A DNA stretch of 35,242 bases from Trichoplax adhaerens (taxonomy: Eukaryota > Animalia > Placozoa), in the NCBI RefSeq assembly GCF_000150275.1, contig NW_002061013.1, forward strand, positions 1 to 35,242, given 5' to 3'. Below, piece by piece: positions 32,778-35,242 of this stretch (position 1 is the stretch's first letter; the number at the start of each line of letters is the position of its first letter). Below the pieces are notes generated by a model. The model saw only the letters and a list, made by a program, of their open reading frames with translations. It ran no database searches and was not told where the DNA came from. The position numbers were made by a program, and so were the translations under genes.

Positions 32778-35242
32778 CTGGGGTTACTACTAAGCAGTAA
32801 TCCTTATCACCCTTGATGATGAGTTGAGAGTGTTGAAGATTCCATTGCATGTCCTCTATCAAGAAGTGATCTTGTGGTTGAAATGGTAGAGTGATTTGTA
32901 GCTCTAGTGTTTGGGGGTTATAAATATTCAAACTATAATTATTGAAACTATTTTCATACAGGATTAACTGCTTGTCCGACCATAGATTTTCATGGTCGAA
33001 GAATTGTGTTGCGAAATTATCGAAGTATTTGATATTGTCTTTGTATCTTTTCATGTATAAATTTCCATCTTGGTTGAGTATCTATAGGCATTGAATTTTA
33101 TGATTAGCACAACCTACGTTCAACAATGACGACGTCACATTGATTGTATGCAGTTATCGTTGTCTTACTGCTATATGGTCTCCATTTTCCAGTAGTAGCA
33201 AAAGATCGTCAACATCGTCCTATAATGAATTTAATGGAACATAAGGATCAATTATGGACTAGAGTCGAACTCCTTACATAATCAACTCATTACAGTTGTT
33301 GTCATCCTCCTTCCAACTCATTTCCATATTGACCGTATCACTGCGATCATTATGACTTACCACTGCTAATACATTAGCAATCATTTCGGCATCTTTCTCT
33401 TCCCATACATCAACTAATTTTTCTTTCTTCATCCGAAGAGGCGAATGTTTAATCTTATTAGGGTTATAATTAATCATTATTTTACAGATTAATCCTTCCT
33501 TCTCTTGGCACTTAATATTTTGCAGTAATTGCGTACGATGTTCACCATCCCCAAACTTGTAACACTACAATAAATTTAAGTCGGAAATGTCGTTATTGGT
33601 CGCCTCCATTTGCAATAGACGTCAAAGTCGACATTCAAGGCTATTTTCGACATGAAACTGAACAGTCAATTTATAGACGGTTCGAGTTAAGAATGGAGAT
33701 TACATGAAAATAAATTATTCAAGCTTACTCTCAAGCATTCATCATATCCCCAAGCATAAAGATATCCATCATCAACATACACAGCATCATGACTCCATGT
33801 CAGTCGATCAACGCTCTTCATTCCGGTTGTAAGGTTAATAGTTATTATCCAGCTATTGAATGAGGAGAATGTCTGAAATAAATCAAGTAATTAATTCGAC
33901 CAATTGACCTCCAACGTAATTGTAAAATCAGTTCAACAACTTCTTATGCTAGCTAATAAGCATTCTCATTTTCATCATCTTCTTCTAAATAATACTACCG
34001 TCATTTTCATACAAACTTCAAACTAGTATTTTCAACATACGTTCATGAGAATGAGTGTGTTATCCTTCTTTCTATATCTGAAGAGAATCAAATCTTTAGC
34101 AGCCGATTCTTCTTCAAGTATTCCATTGATTAATTCCCTGTACTTTCTACAATCTTCTATACCTACAAACTCGATCAGCTGCAACCAATCAATATTATTC
34201 AATTCAATTCAATTGAGCAGAGGATTGAACAAAGTCGATAGAGCTACTAGTGCTGATGAAAGCTTAACCTACGTCGAATATGTTGACGGTAGTTTGGGGG
34301 TTACGTTGGGGTCTACCAACATCAACTGATTTTGTTTGAGAGATATCTTGCCAAGCAATTTTATCGCCTTAGTTTAATAAAAACGATTGTGACCATGAAT
34401 GAATGCATGATTGAATTAGAGTTGTTGTACAACCATCATGTCTTACCTTGTAAATTATATTCATATACATCCCGTTCATCATAAATAAGCAATCGATGAC
34501 TACCAGGAATAAACATTGATCGACCAGATTGATCAAGTTCAACACCAGATTGGACTTGACCACCACTCATCTTGAGTATGACTTCCTACATACAGTATAC
34601 CACAGTATTACAATATAGGACTAATATTACTGCACAATAAAATATTATGCTGATCTACTTTATGACGCATTATCAATATGAGTAACCCAATATTGCACTA
34701 ACCCTAGTTATACATTCAATAGCGATCATTGACTGATCGCCTGATACCAAAATATTCTCAACGAATCCAATATCATGTAATATAATTCGAAATTGATTTT
34801 CGAATTCGAAATTCAATGACGAGACGAATTCTTGTTCCATTTTTAACTGACCAATTGTACTACTAATATGTCTGGTATATGACAATATCATATAGGCTGC
34901 ATCACGGTAGATGTTGATGTACCTTAAGGGCTTGCTATGTTGAAAATCATTGGTAGCAAAGTACCGATCATCATCCTTTGCATGGATGAAAGCAGGTACT
35001 TTGAATGATCGACAAGTCCATTGCTGTGCATTCCACATCTATCCATCAAATTGATACAAATAGCTTTTATCAATTGGATCTAAGAGACGATATTTGACTT
35101 GACTGCATTTAGTCAATTGTAGCTTACTTCAATTTGACATTCATTAATCCAATTTTGCGGATCGACAGGTTCATAGTCTTTAGACTTCCCTCCTTGACTT
35201 CGATATTTTCTCCACCACAACAAGACACAAACACTATCTGCA
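32778..35242 (-). CDS. 3' portion of a multi-exon divergent WD40/beta-propeller-like gene, 5' end outside the window. Exons 35128-35242, 34703-35038, 34447-34585, 34273-34367, 34041-34178, 33729-33872, 33361-33564, 33169-33219, 32778-33081
   Basis: Nine exons with canonical splice sites join in consistent phase with no stops (~500 aa). Blade-like motifs include CQIEMWNAQQWTC, RLLIYDERDVYEYNLQG, LNIYNPQTLEL and IEDMQWNLQHSQLII. It may be the C-terminal sensor of an APAF1/NACHT-WD40-type protein, but no NTPase is visible here. Without further splicing the last exon reads through to a stop at 32695. Confidence 0.7.

Noticed and set aside
33470-33490. Apparent frameshift in the propeller gene
   Set aside because: On recounting, exon 33361-33564 is 204 nt and open (…LICKIMINYN…).

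Overview
AT-rich, intron-containing eukaryotic (metazoan-type) DNA with short GT-AG introns and two 50-N gaps (3014-3063, 23382-23431). The composition and intron sizes resemble compact invertebrate genomes such as placozoans, but I cannot confirm the taxon. All recognisable genes are on the minus strand and form a death-fold signalling cluster. In transcription order: (1) the 3' part of an intact multi-exon, divergent WD40/beta-propeller-like gene (32778-35242); (2) a spliced gene of ~746 aa with the order death domain - CARD - ZU5 (HF/S autoproteolysis motif) - ~200-aa disordered spacer - UPA-like beta domain (28734-32374); (3) a tandem family of RAIDD/CRADD-architecture CARD-DD adaptors: a pseudogenised CARD copy (25072-25384), a DD gene whose 5' end runs into a gap (21128-22425), and an apparently intact copy (5845-9617). 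Between them lie kilobase segmental duplications, three TG...CA LTR-type insertions identified against empty sites in the duplicates, a transcobalamin/intrinsic-factor-like pseudogene and other decayed exons. The best candidate for an undescribed system is the 'inverted FIIND/PIDD-like' DD-CARD-ZU5-UPA protein, clustered with shuffled CARD-DD adaptors and possibly fused to the propeller. All exon models were built by hand from splice signals and phase, with no transcript evidence.
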